A DNA stretch of 64,000 bases from Sphingomonadales bacterium (GTDB lineage: Bacteria; Bacteroidota; Bacteroidia; NS11-12g; UBA955): contig VHBA01000003.1 in assembly GCA_016872175.1 (NCBI GenBank), forward strand, positions 790 to 64,789, in the 5' to 3' direction. The notes under the pieces were generated by a model. It made no database searches, was not told the DNA's origin, and saw only the letters and a program-made list of their open reading frames with translations. The position numbers were made by a program, and so were the translations under genes. This document shows, in pieces, positions 19,125 through 28,582 of this stretch. Every line of letters begins with the position of its first letter. The first letter of the stretch is position 1.

Positions 19125-20038
19125 GCAATGGTCTTCGACATCGAGTGATCGTTGTCAAGCAACGGGTTGATTTCGCTGATTTCAAAAACGACCGTTTTTG
19201 GGTGTGGCAATAAAGTTTTGAAAACAAGTTCTGCATCGCTGTAACTCAGTCCGTCTGGGGATGGAGTGCCTGTTCCGGCAGATATGGTGGGATCCAAAGA
19301 ATCAACATCAAAACTGGTGTAAAGCATATCGCAGTTTTGCAGATACTCCTGCGCTTCATCCAAAATTTGCTGCATGCCTTTTTTGCGGATATTGTCGGGC
19401 GTGTAAAACCTGATATTTAGGCTCTGAACCAGCGCCCATTCTTCTTCCTCATAATCTCGTGTACCAATAAACACAATGTTTTGTGGTAATATTTTAGGTG
19501 TGATTCCCCTGCGCCCTGACTTTTTAATCTTACTCCAGAATGTGATAGTTTCAGGATTGAGTTCATTTTTGAGGAAATTGGTAATATTGTCTGGCAACAG
19601 CGCTTTTACGGCCATGCCATGCATGTTTCCTGAAGGAGTGGTGTAGGGTGAGTGCAAGTCAAGGTGTGCATCAACCCAGATTACGCCAATTTTATTTTCC
19701 GGATAGGTATCTGCAATGCCAGTAACGGTGCCAATAGCGTTGCTATGATCGCCGCTGATTACAACAGGGAAATAGTTGTCTGAAAGGGCTTTTTGCACCG
19801 ACGCCGCCACCATGTTTACCGATTGGTAAATGGAATGGATATTAAATGCAAACGGTGTGTTGTTGGAAGAGATGGAAATGAGGTTATCTTGAAACAATGT
19901 TTCATTTTCAGCTTTTTCCAGAAGTGTCGGATTGGTTTTTATTATCTCTTCTCGCAAAGCCCCCGGTCCCAGTTTAGCCCCGGGTGTTCCTGCACCCAGC
20001 TCAAATGCGGCTTCAATGAATTTGATTTTTCTTTTCAT
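19100..20038 (-). CDS. rocF: Arginase
   Basis: GDHS, DAHLD, SGNMHGM, SFDVDSLDP, GTGTP, EINP. Confidence 0.93.
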   Translation of the reverse strand: MKRKIKFIEAAFELGAGTPGAKLGPGALREEIIKTNPTLLEKAENETLFQDNLISISSNNTPFAFNIHSIYQSVNMVAASVQKALSDNYFPVVISGDHSNAIGTVTGIADTYPENKIGVIWVDAHLDLHSPYTTPSGNMHGMAVKALLPDNITNFLKNELNPETITFWSKIKKSGRRGITPKILPQNIVFIGTRDYEEEEWALVQSLNIRFYTPDNIRKKGMQQILDEAQEYLQNCDMLYTSFDVDSLDPTISAGTGTPSPDGLSYSDAELVFKTLLPHPKTVVFEISEINPLLDNDHSMSKTIAQLLASAL

Positions 20039-20081
20039 AACTTACATATCATCCGCTTTAAGCAAAAGTAACAGAATTGGT

Positions 20082-21800
20082 TTAATAAATTGGTTTTAAG
20101 GGGTTGATTTTTTCCCAGATGTAATAAGCGCCAGCATCTGTTTTTTTTCTGAACTTCTTTTGAAATAAAGTGTCTACTTTATAATCGCAACGTGTTATTA
20201 GTCTCACCGGGTTTGATATGTGATTTTCTGTAATCCAGTGCTTTCTGGCGGTGTAGTTGGGTGCAGATTCAGCAGGGAACTCTTTTTTTGCAGTTTCAGA
20301 CCATTTCCCTTTGAATTGGTTTGGTTGTGCATTTCCATAAAAAAGGATGGCAAATGTCTTGTAATCCCAGGCTTCAACTATATTTTGATCTTGTAAAGTT
20401 TCATGCTGAATAGCAGAAATAACTTCACCTTGAAGTTGTTTTTCTGCCTTCGGCAGAATAAAGATATACAAGTATTGTCCAAATAGCAATACAGCCCAGA
20501 AAAGAGGTATGGCGTGGCGAACAATCCCCATCGCAAATTGGAAAATCCAGATGAGAACAAAGCATAGAAAGATGAGTGCAGGAATACCTTCCCAGCCGCC
20601 CCAGATATTTCCTGAGAGCAATAACCGGGTGGTAAAAAAGTCTTTGTTCAGCAGTGGTGTCAGTATATCACGGTTTTCTACGGTTAATAAATATGGGGCA
20701 ATAGTGAAAAAAGCAGCAAGAGGTACCAAGCTTAAAAAAACGGGCAGACTTAGCCAACGTGAAACAACCATGCGTTTTGTATAACCTGCGTGTAGCGTAT
20801 AGCCAGCCATGAAAGCAAGTGGAATCCAGCACAGGCTGCTGTAATGAATGATTTTGGTGGTTACAATGGAGAAAATGATGAGTACTGTCCAGAACAAACT
20901 TCTCATGTAGCTGAACAGAATAGATTCATTGCCTGTGCTACTTTCTGGGTTCTTGAATAAGTGGGGCAATGCCATTACAGATGCGGGGGCACAAAGGAAG
21001 AACAACACAAGAAAGTGATAATACCAAGGTTGGTTATGCCATTCAATTTGTCCCTGCACTAATACAACCTGATATTGCAAGAATTCTGTAAGAAACCAGG
21101 TTCCATGCCGGTATGTTTCAAATCCGAGCCATATTCCCAGTGTTAACATGAGTGTGGTAAAGGCAATTCCAATATTGGCCCAGCCCGGCCATGCGTTTTT
21201 CCCGCCTGAGAATAGCCTTATTAAAGCAACAGTGCAAGCCACTAGCAACGCCACAGGGCCTTTGGTTAAAAAAGCAAGTCCGGCAAACAAACCTGATAAC
21301 AGATAATGGATGCGCGCATTATTTTGTCTGCCGAGTTCCAGTTCTGCTAAAAACCATTGGTAGATGGAAAGAAATATAAACAGGTTGAAAACAGGATCAA
21401 TGATTCCTGTTTTGAAATATAATGCAGGCGCCAGGCTGCCAGCATAAGCCAGGATAAAGAATAAGCCAAAGAAATGTCCTACATGTTTTTTGCCAATATG
21501 ATAAAAGATATTAAGTGAAGCAATACCGGCTATTGCATTAGGAAGACGAGCGGCAAATTCATTGATGCCAAAAATTTTCATAAATAAGGCCTGAAGCCAT
21601 ATGAACAGGGGCGGTTTTTCCCAGAAAGGTTCAAAAGCAATTTGCACGCGACTCCAATCTCCGGAAATCAGCATCTCCCGTGCTGCCTCGGCAAAGTTTA
21701 TTTCGTCCCAGTCAAATAAATGAAAACTGCCCAGAAAAGGAACGTATAGCAATACAACTCCCAGGGTGATAAAAAGGTGTATGACTGTTTTACGGCTCAC
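20082..21800 (-). CDS. ArnT-like GT-C membrane glycosyltransferase
   Basis: LFDWDEINFAEAAREM, FWEKPPLFIW, EFAARLP, LTKGPV. Confidence 0.9.
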   Translation of the reverse strand: MSRKTVIHLFITLGVVLLYVPFLGSFHLFDWDEINFAEAAREMLISGDWSRVQIAFEPFWEKPPLFIWLQALFMKIFGINEFAARLPNAIAGIASLNIFYHIGKKHVGHFFGLFFILAYAGSLAPALYFKTGIIDPVFNLFIFLSIYQWFLAELELGRQNNARIHYLLSGLFAGLAFLTKGPVALLVACTVALIRLFSGGKNAWPGWANIGIAFTTLMLTLGIWLGFETYRHGTWFLTEFLQYQVVLVQGQIEWHNQPWYYHFLVLFFLCAPASVMALPHLFKNPESSTGNESILFSYMRSLFWTVLIIFSIVTTKIIHYSSLCWIPLAFMAGYTLHAGYTKRMVVSRWLSLPVFLSLVPLAAFFTIAPYLLTVENRDILTPLLNKDFFTTRLLLSGNIWGGWEGIPALIFLCFVLIWIFQFAMGIVRHAIPLFWAVLLFGQYLYIFILPKAEKQLQGEVISAIQHETLQDQNIVEAWDYKTFAILFYGNAQPNQFKGKWSETAKKEFPAESAPNYTARKHWITENHISNPVRLITRCDYKVDTLFQKKFRKKTDAGAYYIWEKINPLKPIY

Positions 21801-22402
21801 CAGGATAAATTATTTAGCAACGAAAACCGGGTATGCCCAAATCTGAAAACCAGCCAAACAAGCATTGCAATGCAAATACCTGCGGCTACATCATGCAGAT
21901 AGTGCTGCCCGAGATACAAACGCGAAAATGCTACTAAAGCCGCTAAAGTAACATACAATATTTCAACAGACCTGTTTCTGCATATAACGGCAAAAAAACC
22001 CAATGCAGTAAAGGCTCCTGCAGTATGTCCGCTTGGAAAAGACTTCCACGCAGCGATAGGGTTGCCTGGAACCTCGAAAAGTGCATTGCCCAGCTCTTGT
22101 ATAGGTCGAGGTTCGTTTAGTCCGAATTTAAGCCCTTGAACAATAAATAATTCCAGTAGAAAGCAAACTCCAAACCAAATGCCTAGCTTAGGTTGCCGGA
22201 TAATGGCAAAAGCTATAGAAAAAGAAATTAAAGGCCATTCACCTAAAAAACTACACCAGTTGAACATGAAGTCTAATAGTGGGGTGTGTAATTGATTTGC
22301 CCATAGAGTGGGTGCAAAAGATGGAATGAAAAGCAGCCAAAGAAAGGATAGTATTACTAGTGCCACACTCGTTTTGAAAAAATAATTTCCCTGCATTTGC
22401 AT
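21797..22402 (-). CDS. PAP2 family phosphatase
   Basis: K......RP, SFPSGH, SRLYLGQHYLHDV. Confidence 0.92.
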   Translation of the reverse strand: MQMQGNYFFKTSVALVILSFLWLLFIPSFAPTLWANQLHTPLLDFMFNWCSFLGEWPLISFSIAFAIIRQPKLGIWFGVCFLLELFIVQGLKFGLNEPRPIQELGNALFEVPGNPIAAWKSFPSGHTAGAFTALGFFAVICRNRSVEILYVTLAALVAFSRLYLGQHYLHDVAAGICIAMLVWLVFRFGHTRFSLLNNLSW

Positions 22403-22407
22403 TACCG

Positions 22408-22415
22408 CAAAGATA
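22408..22415 (-). promoter_or_regulatory. -7 element TATCTTTG
   Basis: Exact TAnnTTTG, 5 nt before ATG 22402. Confidence 0.6.
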
Positions 22416-22496
22416 ATATTATCATGATTCTGGTTATTTTCATTTTGAAATGTGGGTAAAAATCATTTTTTTGCGACTTAGTTATACCTGCAAGCC

Positions 22497-22895
22497 ATGA
22501 GTTCTTCAACAAATCGCCTTAAATTGGAATTGGAATACCCACTGAGGTCTTCAACCCATATTCTGTATCAGTATATTAGCAATCCTTCCGGCTTGCAAAG
22601 CTGGTTCGCCTATCATGTAGATATTATCGCTTCAGGGCGCTACAGATTTCGTTGGGAAGACGATACGGAAGTAAATGCGATTTTGGTGAAAAACGTCACG
22701 AATAAATACATACGCTTTACACTGGATAATGCCCAGGCGGAAGATGAATACCTTGAATTCAGAATTTCTCAGGATGATATAACAGGGGATGTGGAACTTA
22801 TTATTACTGAATTCATAAACAGCGGGGAAGAAGATATGGCAGCATCTATATGGGATTCCGCGGTTGATAGCCTGCGGCACGTAATCGGCGCCTGA
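22497..22895 (+). CDS. START-like/SRPBCC domain protein
   Basis: LEYPLRSS..ILYQYIS.PSGLQSWFA, EFRI..DDITGDV.L.ITEF, typical of the Bacteroidota START_2 family. Confidence 0.85.
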   Translation: MSSSTNRLKLELEYPLRSSTHILYQYISNPSGLQSWFAYHVDIIASGRYRFRWEDDTEVNAILVKNVTNKYIRFTLDNAQAEDEYLEFRISQDDITGDVELIITEFINSGEEDMAASIWDSAVDSLRHVIGA

Positions 22896-22898
22896 TTT

Positions 22899-24119
22899 TT
22901 ATTTTCCCATTTCCTTAATTGCAAGCCAGGCAAAAAGCCCGGCACCATTTTCAAGTGCTTCCTCATCTGCATCAAACGCCGGGTGGTGAACACTGTTTAC
23001 AATTCCTTTTTCTTCATTTCTCACGCCGAGTCTGTAGAAACAGCTGGGTACTTCCTGAGAATAATAGGCAAAATCCTCTGCAGCCATCCAAATATCAAGG
23101 TTTTCAACATAATCTTCTCCCAAATAGTCTGCTGCTGCATTTTTACAACGATTTGTAAGTTCCTCATTATTATGAAGAAAAGGATAACCACGGCGAATTT
23201 CAATATCAATGCTGCCCCCCATGCTCTCGGCAATGCCGGTTGCCATGCGGGTGATTTTATCGTGTGCATCCGTTCGCCATTGTTCGTTTAACGTTCTGAA
23301 GGTTCCTTCCAGTTTTACTTCCGATGGAATAACATTGGTAGCGCCATTGGCTATTACCTTACCGAATGAAAGAACAGATGGCACGGCAGGATTGGCATTT
23401 CGTGAAACCACCTGTTGAAGGCTAGTGATGATATGGGCCGCAATCAAAACAGGGTCTATGTTGAAATGCGGCATGGCGCCATGTCCGCCTTTTCCAAGCA
23501 CCGTCATGTAAATTTCATCGGTACTTGCCATGTAAAGTCCGGGTCTGAAGCCTGTTTTGCCGGTTGGAATCTGAGGCATAACATGTTGTCCAATCATCAC
23601 ATCCGGCTTTGGGTTTTGCAAAACACCATCAGCTATCATCAGGCTTGCACCGCCTGGTAATTTTTCTTCACCCGGCTGAAACACGAGTTTTACGGTACCT
23701 GAAAATTCATGGCTTAGTGTATTCAAAATAGTGGCTGCACCCAAGAGGGAAACCGTGTGAACATCATGCCCACAAGCGTGCATTACCCCTTCATTAAGAC
23801 TTCTGTAGGGCCTGCCATCATTGACCTCAGTTATTGGTAATGCATCCATGTCTGCACGCAGACCAACAACTTTATTGCCTTCTTTTCCTTTGCCCTCAAT
23901 TAAGGCAACAACACCGGTGTTGGCAAGTCGCTGGGTTTTTAACCCCAGTTTTTTTTGCAAGTAATCTTCCACCCAGGCGGCTGTGTTGAATTCCTGAAAG
24001 GATAGTTCAGGGTTCATGTGCAGATGCCTGCGCAGCTCCGCCAATAGGGGTTTCAGTGATTTGGCCTGCGTTTTTATGATATCCATCAATCCATTTTGGT
24101 GTTCATTGGGGTGTGGCAT
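22899..24119 (-). CDS. M20D amidohydrolase
   Basis: RRHLHMNPELSFQE, LRADMDALP, MHACGHDVH, FQPGEE, AEDF. Confidence 0.94.
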   Translation of the reverse strand: MPHPNEHQNGLMDIIKTQAKSLKPLLAELRRHLHMNPELSFQEFNTAAWVEDYLQKKLGLKTQRLANTGVVALIEGKGKEGNKVVGLRADMDALPITEVNDGRPYRSLNEGVMHACGHDVHTVSLLGAATILNTLSHEFSGTVKLVFQPGEEKLPGGASLMIADGVLQNPKPDVMIGQHVMPQIPTGKTGFRPGLYMASTDEIYMTVLGKGGHGAMPHFNIDPVLIAAHIITSLQQVVSRNANPAVPSVLSFGKVIANGATNVIPSEVKLEGTFRTLNEQWRTDAHDKITRMATGIAESMGGSIDIEIRRGYPFLHNNEELTNRCKNAAADYLGEDYVENLDIWMAAEDFAYYSQEVPSCFYRLGVRNEEKGIVNSVHHPAFDADEEALENGAGLFAWLAIKEMGK

Positions 24120-24165
24120 ATTTGCTGTATTATATTTTTTCAGTTACTTTGCAAATGTAAACACC

Positions 24166-24753
24166 TTGAGACAAGTATTAAACATAGTGTTATTTCTGAC
24201 GGGAATTTTTATGTCTACGTCGGGTTGTCGCAAGTTTTCATCCAGGGATTTATATAGCCTTGATGCAAATTTTAAAAGTATTTTCAGCTTTCCTGAAGGA
24301 AGCACCTGGACCTATTATTTGTCTACTGATACCAACCAAAGAGAAACAGTAATTCTCAAGAACAAGCAGGAAGGCAAAATGCGTTTTGACAATCTTGAAC
24401 AGGAGTTTATTTCCTACGAGTTGCATTCAACAACAGATAGCCAACAGCTTGTGAGATGCATGGCTACCGGAGAGAATACGGCTCGATTTGCACTTTTACA
24501 TAAAGATACGTTCTTTCGTCAGGTGGCAGAAATGTATTACAGTTCTTCTTTGTTTAGCGGAATTATGGGTAATGGTGATACCGTCAATTATTTGCCTACG
24601 CTGAGTGTGGGAGATGTGATGTATTTCAATGTGATTGAATTAAAGTCTTCACGAAAGAAAATATACAGTAGGTTATATTTTAGCAGTAATACAGGAATTG
24701 TGCGAAAAGATTACGTGGATGGTAGCACATATTTATTGAAATCCTTCCGTTAA
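24166..24753 (+). CDS. Hypothetical lipoprotein
   Basis: In-frame TTG 24166 avoids overlap with the M20D gene and gives a lipobox (…FMSTSGC). Beta-rich body F.FPEGSTWTY...YFSSNTGIVRK. Confidence 0.65.
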   Translation: MRQVLNIVLFLTGIFMSTSGCRKFSSRDLYSLDANFKSIFSFPEGSTWTYYLSTDTNQRETVILKNKQEGKMRFDNLEQEFISYELHSTTDSQQLVRCMATGENTARFALLHKDTFFRQVAEMYYSSSLFSGIMGNGDTVNYLPTLSVGDVMYFNVIELKSSRKKIYSRLYFSSNTGIVRKDYVDGSTYLLKSFR

Positions 24754-24770
24754 TTTCTTAATTTCGGAGC

Positions 24771-26681
24771 ATGATTAGTCGCAGCTCCATAGAGCAATTG
24801 TTGAATGCCGTTATTATTGAAGATGTAGTAGGGGACTATGTGGGTTTGAAGCGCTCAGGCTCGAGGTTCAAAGGTGTTTGTCCGTTTCATGATGAGAAAA
24901 CGCCTAGTTTCATTGTTTCTCCCGGTATGGGTATTTACAAGTGTTTTGGTTGTCAGAAAGGTGGGAATGCCATTCAGTTTCTCATGGATATTGATAACAT
25001 GTCATATCCGGAGGCCGCAAAGGCACTTGCAGCCCGCTACGGTATTGAATTAATTGAGACCGGTAATAGGGATGATGACGAGTATAAGGAAAAACAGAAA
25101 GTAAGAGAAAGCCTTCAGGCTGCACTGGATTATGCAGCCGGATTTTTTGAAAATCAATTGCATGAGGCTGAGGAAGGTAAGACCAAGGCCATGCCATATT
25201 TCAAGGAACGCGGCTATACCTATGAAACCATACGCAAATGGAGATTGGGATATAGTCCGGAATCATGGGAAGCATTTACGCAAATCGCTGTAAAAGAAGG
25301 TTATAAGTCAGAAAATCTTGAGCTCGCCGGTTTGATTAAAAAACGTGAAAACGGTTCATATTATGATTTGTACCGAAACAGGGTCGTCTTTCCGCTGATA
25401 GGTGTTAGTGGTAAGTTACTGGGATTTGCCGGTAGGAAGATGAGCAGCACCGATCCTGCGCCCAAGTATGTGAATTCACCTGAGACAGAACTATATAAGA
25501 AAAGTGACTTCCTGTATGGAATTTTTCAGGCGAAAAACGCTATCAAGAAGCTTGATAAGGTGTACCTCACGGAAGGTTATACAGATGTGATAACGTTGCA
25601 TCAGGCAGGTGTGGAAAATGTAGTGGCCAGCAGTGGAACAGCACTCACTCCCAATCAGATTAAACTCCTAAGAAGATTTACGCCAAATGTTACGGTTGTA
25701 TATGATGGAGACGCGGCAGGTATCAAAGCTTCCATGCGGGGGATTGATTTATTGTTGGCAGATGATCTGAATGTTCGGGTGGTTTCCCTGCCCGAAGGGG
25801 AAGACCCTGACTCATATTGCGCCAAATTGGGCGGTGAAGCATTCTCAGATTTTCTGCTTACGGAGGAACAAAATTTCATCTTATTCAAAGCCAAGCTGCT
25901 ACTTGCTGAGTGTGGTGATGATCCGATTAGAAAATCGGAAGCGATAAGGGATATTTTGCAAAGTGTAGCCTGTATAAACGATGGGCTGAAGCGCAATGCA
26001 ATGAACCAGGAACTGGCTAGGGTCTGTAAGATGGATGAAGCCTTGTTGGCAGCTGAACTTGGTAAATTGCTCAGAACAAAAAATCTTAAGGACGAACAGG
26101 ATTTTATCAGGGAAGTAAAACAAGTTACATCGGCTTCCGGAGTCGAGTTGCCTAAAGAGGAACTTACAGATTTGCATCAGGAGAGGGCTTTGTTCAGGCT
26201 GTTGTTGTTGCATGGCGATGAAAACTGGGATGAAAATATTAAGGTAAGTGACTTTATAATAAAAGAAATTAAGGAGGATGAGCAGTTGTTGTTTAATGAC
26301 GAAATGTGCGCCTCTCTTGTGTCACAGATAAAATTTGGCGTTTGGGAAAAATGGCCCGGTCAATCCTATTTTACCCAACATTCTGATGCTGAAATTGCAT
26401 CCTGGGCCGCAGGGGTGCTTTCTTCAGGATATGAACTTAGTAAAGCATTTGCCGATAATTTTATTCATGTTAAAAAGGAAGAAGACAATTTCAAAAATGA
26501 AATTACTGCCGTGTTTTTATATCTGCGCAAGAAGAAACTGGACAATTTGATAAAACACTACACCCTTTTGCTGCAGGATCCTGCTACGGATGTGTCTGAT
26601 ACACTGGAAATGCTAAATTATCTTAATGACCTTAGAAGCCGCGTGTCTAAAGAAATTGGCGGGGTTGTGTTTACTATTTAA
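24771..26681 (+). CDS. dnaG: DNA primase
   Basis: CPFHDEKTPSF...CFGC zinc finger, KYVNSPET, EGYTD, YDGDAAG TOPRIM, DPD. Confidence 0.98.
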   Translation: MISRSSIEQLLNAVIIEDVVGDYVGLKRSGSRFKGVCPFHDEKTPSFIVSPGMGIYKCFGCQKGGNAIQFLMDIDNMSYPEAAKALAARYGIELIETGNRDDDEYKEKQKVRESLQAALDYAAGFFENQLHEAEEGKTKAMPYFKERGYTYETIRKWRLGYSPESWEAFTQIAVKEGYKSENLELAGLIKKRENGSYYDLYRNRVVFPLIGVSGKLLGFAGRKMSSTDPAPKYVNSPETELYKKSDFLYGIFQAKNAIKKLDKVYLTEGYTDVITLHQAGVENVVASSGTALTPNQIKLLRRFTPNVTVVYDGDAAGIKASMRGIDLLLADDLNVRVVSLPEGEDPDSYCAKLGGEAFSDFLLTEEQNFILFKAKLLLAECGDDPIRKSEAIRDILQSVACINDGLKRNAMNQELARVCKMDEALLAAELGKLLRTKNLKDEQDFIREVKQVTSASGVELPKEELTDLHQERALFRLLLLHGDENWDENIKVSDFIIKEIKEDEQLLFNDEMCASLVSQIKFGVWEKWPGQSYFTQHSDAEIASWAAGVLSSGYELSKAFADNFIHVKKEEDNFKNEITAVFLYLRKKKLDNLIKHYTLLLQDPATDVSDTLEMLNYLNDLRSRVSKEIGGVVFTI

Positions 26682-26691
26682 TCTTTACGAT

Positions 26692-26714
26692 TTATCCACA
26701 GGGGTTTATTAACA
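26692..26714 (+). promoter_or_regulatory. DnaA box TTATCCACA plus adjacent degenerate box TTATTAACA
   Basis: Perfect consensus at 26692-26700 and a 2-mismatch copy at 26706-26714. Confidence 0.55.
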
Positions 26715-26846
26715 GACTGCTTAAAGCCAATGCAGATGTGGGTTCATGTATTTTATATTTGTTGATATGTGTTTTTAAGTAATTATATATTAATTATATA
26801 GAAACTAATATTTAGTTTGGCATACTTATTGCTTTTAAATGTAGCA

Positions 26847-27422
26847 ATGAGAAAACTACTAGCAACAATGGTCTTTGTAATCATGTTTGTGGCTACAGCC
26901 GCAACGCTGAATCAAAGTCGCACCCTGAAGTTAGAGTCGGATGAAACAGAAAAAGATGAGGTTGTTATTTCAGGAGAAACGCTTCAATACGATACATTAC
27001 AGCTGTCGTTAAAAACAATTCCAAAAGCACAACATCTTTACACGGTGGCCAAAAAAAGTGTAGGTCGCTGGGCAAAGTTGTTTGTTGTAATTAAAATTGA
27101 AGAGAGTGGAGCCGATGGACAGAACAGTTATTACGCCAAAAATTATGGAAACCTCACAGGTATGAGATTTCCCGGAACTGGACGTAAAACAACTGCCTTA
27201 AGATCGGGACATAACTTTTATGCTGTGTTCAATCATTGGCATGATTGTATGTTGGATTTTATGTATTACATGGAAGTTATGGACAGTAAATTCGAAGCCA
27301 AATATGGCAGACCTGCCAAAGATGAATATGAGATGGTGAATTTCATGTTCGGTTCATTCAATATTTACGGAAAGTGGAAAACCGATGTATTATGGTTGTT
27401 GAACCATTTCAGATATAAGTAA
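26847..27422 (+). CDS. Secreted glucosaminidase/lysozyme-like (GH73-related) protein, divergent
   Basis: N-terminal signal/anchor, then IEESG...S..AK..GNLTGM...RKTTA...YAVF.HW.DC..DF. This resembles the ESG/NxxGM/Y..W.S..DY pattern. Confidence 0.55.
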   Translation: MRKLLATMVFVIMFVATAATLNQSRTLKLESDETEKDEVVISGETLQYDTLQLSLKTIPKAQHLYTVAKKSVGRWAKLFVVIKIEESGADGQNSYYAKNYGNLTGMRFPGTGRKTTALRSGHNFYAVFNHWHDCMLDFMYYMEVMDSKFEAKYGRPAKDEYEMVNFMFGSFNIYGKWKTDVLWLLNHFRYK

Positions 27423-27439
27423 TAAGCTATTTACAGTTA

Positions 27440-28582
27440 TTATAAAGTCCGTGTTAACGGACTTTTTTTATGCTGATTGATGGCAACTGCCAAGGCAAAG
27501 ACAGAGGCTAGGGCGCAAAATCCGAATACTAGATAAAATCCTGTTTTATACAGGTTTAAAATAAGCCCCGATCCAAGTCCTCCTATGATTATACCGGTTT
27601 CAAGTGCTATAAATAGCATTGAGAGTGCACGTCCTCTGGTTTCGGGTGTGCTTACATCGCCGGCCCAGGCAAAAAGGGATGGCGCATTGAAACCCTGCCC
27701 TATGCCATATAGAACTGCGGCAGGGAAAAATGCAGTCTCAAAAAACAAAAGTAACAGGGCGCAAACCTGAAAAGCAGTGCCAATGCCAATACCGGCAGCC
27801 CGACCAAGTCGATCACTGAGCTTACCACTGAACACCCTCACCAAAAGACTGCTGCCAATGTAAACTGTCAAAAAAATACCTTTATTGCTGTAGCCAAGAC
27901 CAGCTGTGTAGTCTGGCATTACCGTGAGCAGCGCGCCCAGCGGTACACACACCAGCAACATGAGCAATGAGGGTGGCATGGCCTTTGGGTAAAAAAGTCC
28001 ACCTTCCGGCTGTGTTTTCTCAACCTGGGGTTTAGTTTCAGGCAAAAAACTAAAGATTAAAATGGCCAAAAAAGCAAGGACTGAACTTGCCACAAAAAGA
28101 CCTTGTTGGCCCCATAAAATAACCATTGATGCGCCCAGCGCGTAGCCTGCAGCTGTGCCGCTATTACTGAAAATTCCTTGCCAGCCGAGTGCTTCTCCGC
28201 GCCTTTCTTCTTGAATGATATCCGTGGTAAATGCGGTAAATCCTGTGGGTGAGAAGCCGGTAGAAAAACCATGCAAAAAACGAATGAGAAAAAATAGCCA
28301 CAAAGTATTTGCCCATGGGTAAAGTAAACCGGCGACTACACAAAATAATGCCCCACCAATCATGGCATGTTTGCGACCCAGTTTGTCGGTTATCCAGCCA
28401 CTGAAAGGCCTTGCTAGCAGCGCACTAAAGGCAAATGCAGGTAATATAAATCCAATATAAGCCTGTCCGCCCATTTTTCGGAGTACTTCCGGCAGCTCTG
28501 GTAGTAAGATGTTGAACGAAAGAAAAAAAAGCAGTGAGCCTGTGCTCATCAGCCAGAAATTGCCGGGAAGACCCTTAGCCAT
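27440..28582 (-). CDS. MFS transporter
   Basis: Motif A GWITDKLGRK and GKLSDRLGR, about 12 TM. Confidence 0.93.
   Translation of the reverse strand: MAKGLPGNFWLMSTGSLLFFLSFNILLPELPEVLRKMGGQAYIGFILPAFAFSALLARPFSGWITDKLGRKHAMIGGALFCVVAGLLYPWANTLWLFFLIRFLHGFSTGFSPTGFTAFTTDIIQEERRGEALGWQGIFSNSGTAAGYALGASMVILWGQQGLFVASSVLAFLAILIFSFLPETKPQVEKTQPEGGLFYPKAMPPSLLMLLVCVPLGALLTVMPDYTAGLGYSNKGIFLTVYIGSSLLVRVFSGKLSDRLGRAAGIGIGTAFQVCALLLLFFETAFFPAAVLYGIGQGFNAPSLFAWAGDVSTPETRGRALSMLFIALETGIIIGGLGSGLILNLYKTGFYLVFGFCALASVFALAVAINQHKKSPLTRTL
27444..27469 (+). terminator. Intrinsic terminator for the 26847 gene, overlapping the MFS gene's last codons
   Basis: AAAGTCCGT-GTTA-ACGGACTTT followed by TTTT. Confidence 0.8.
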
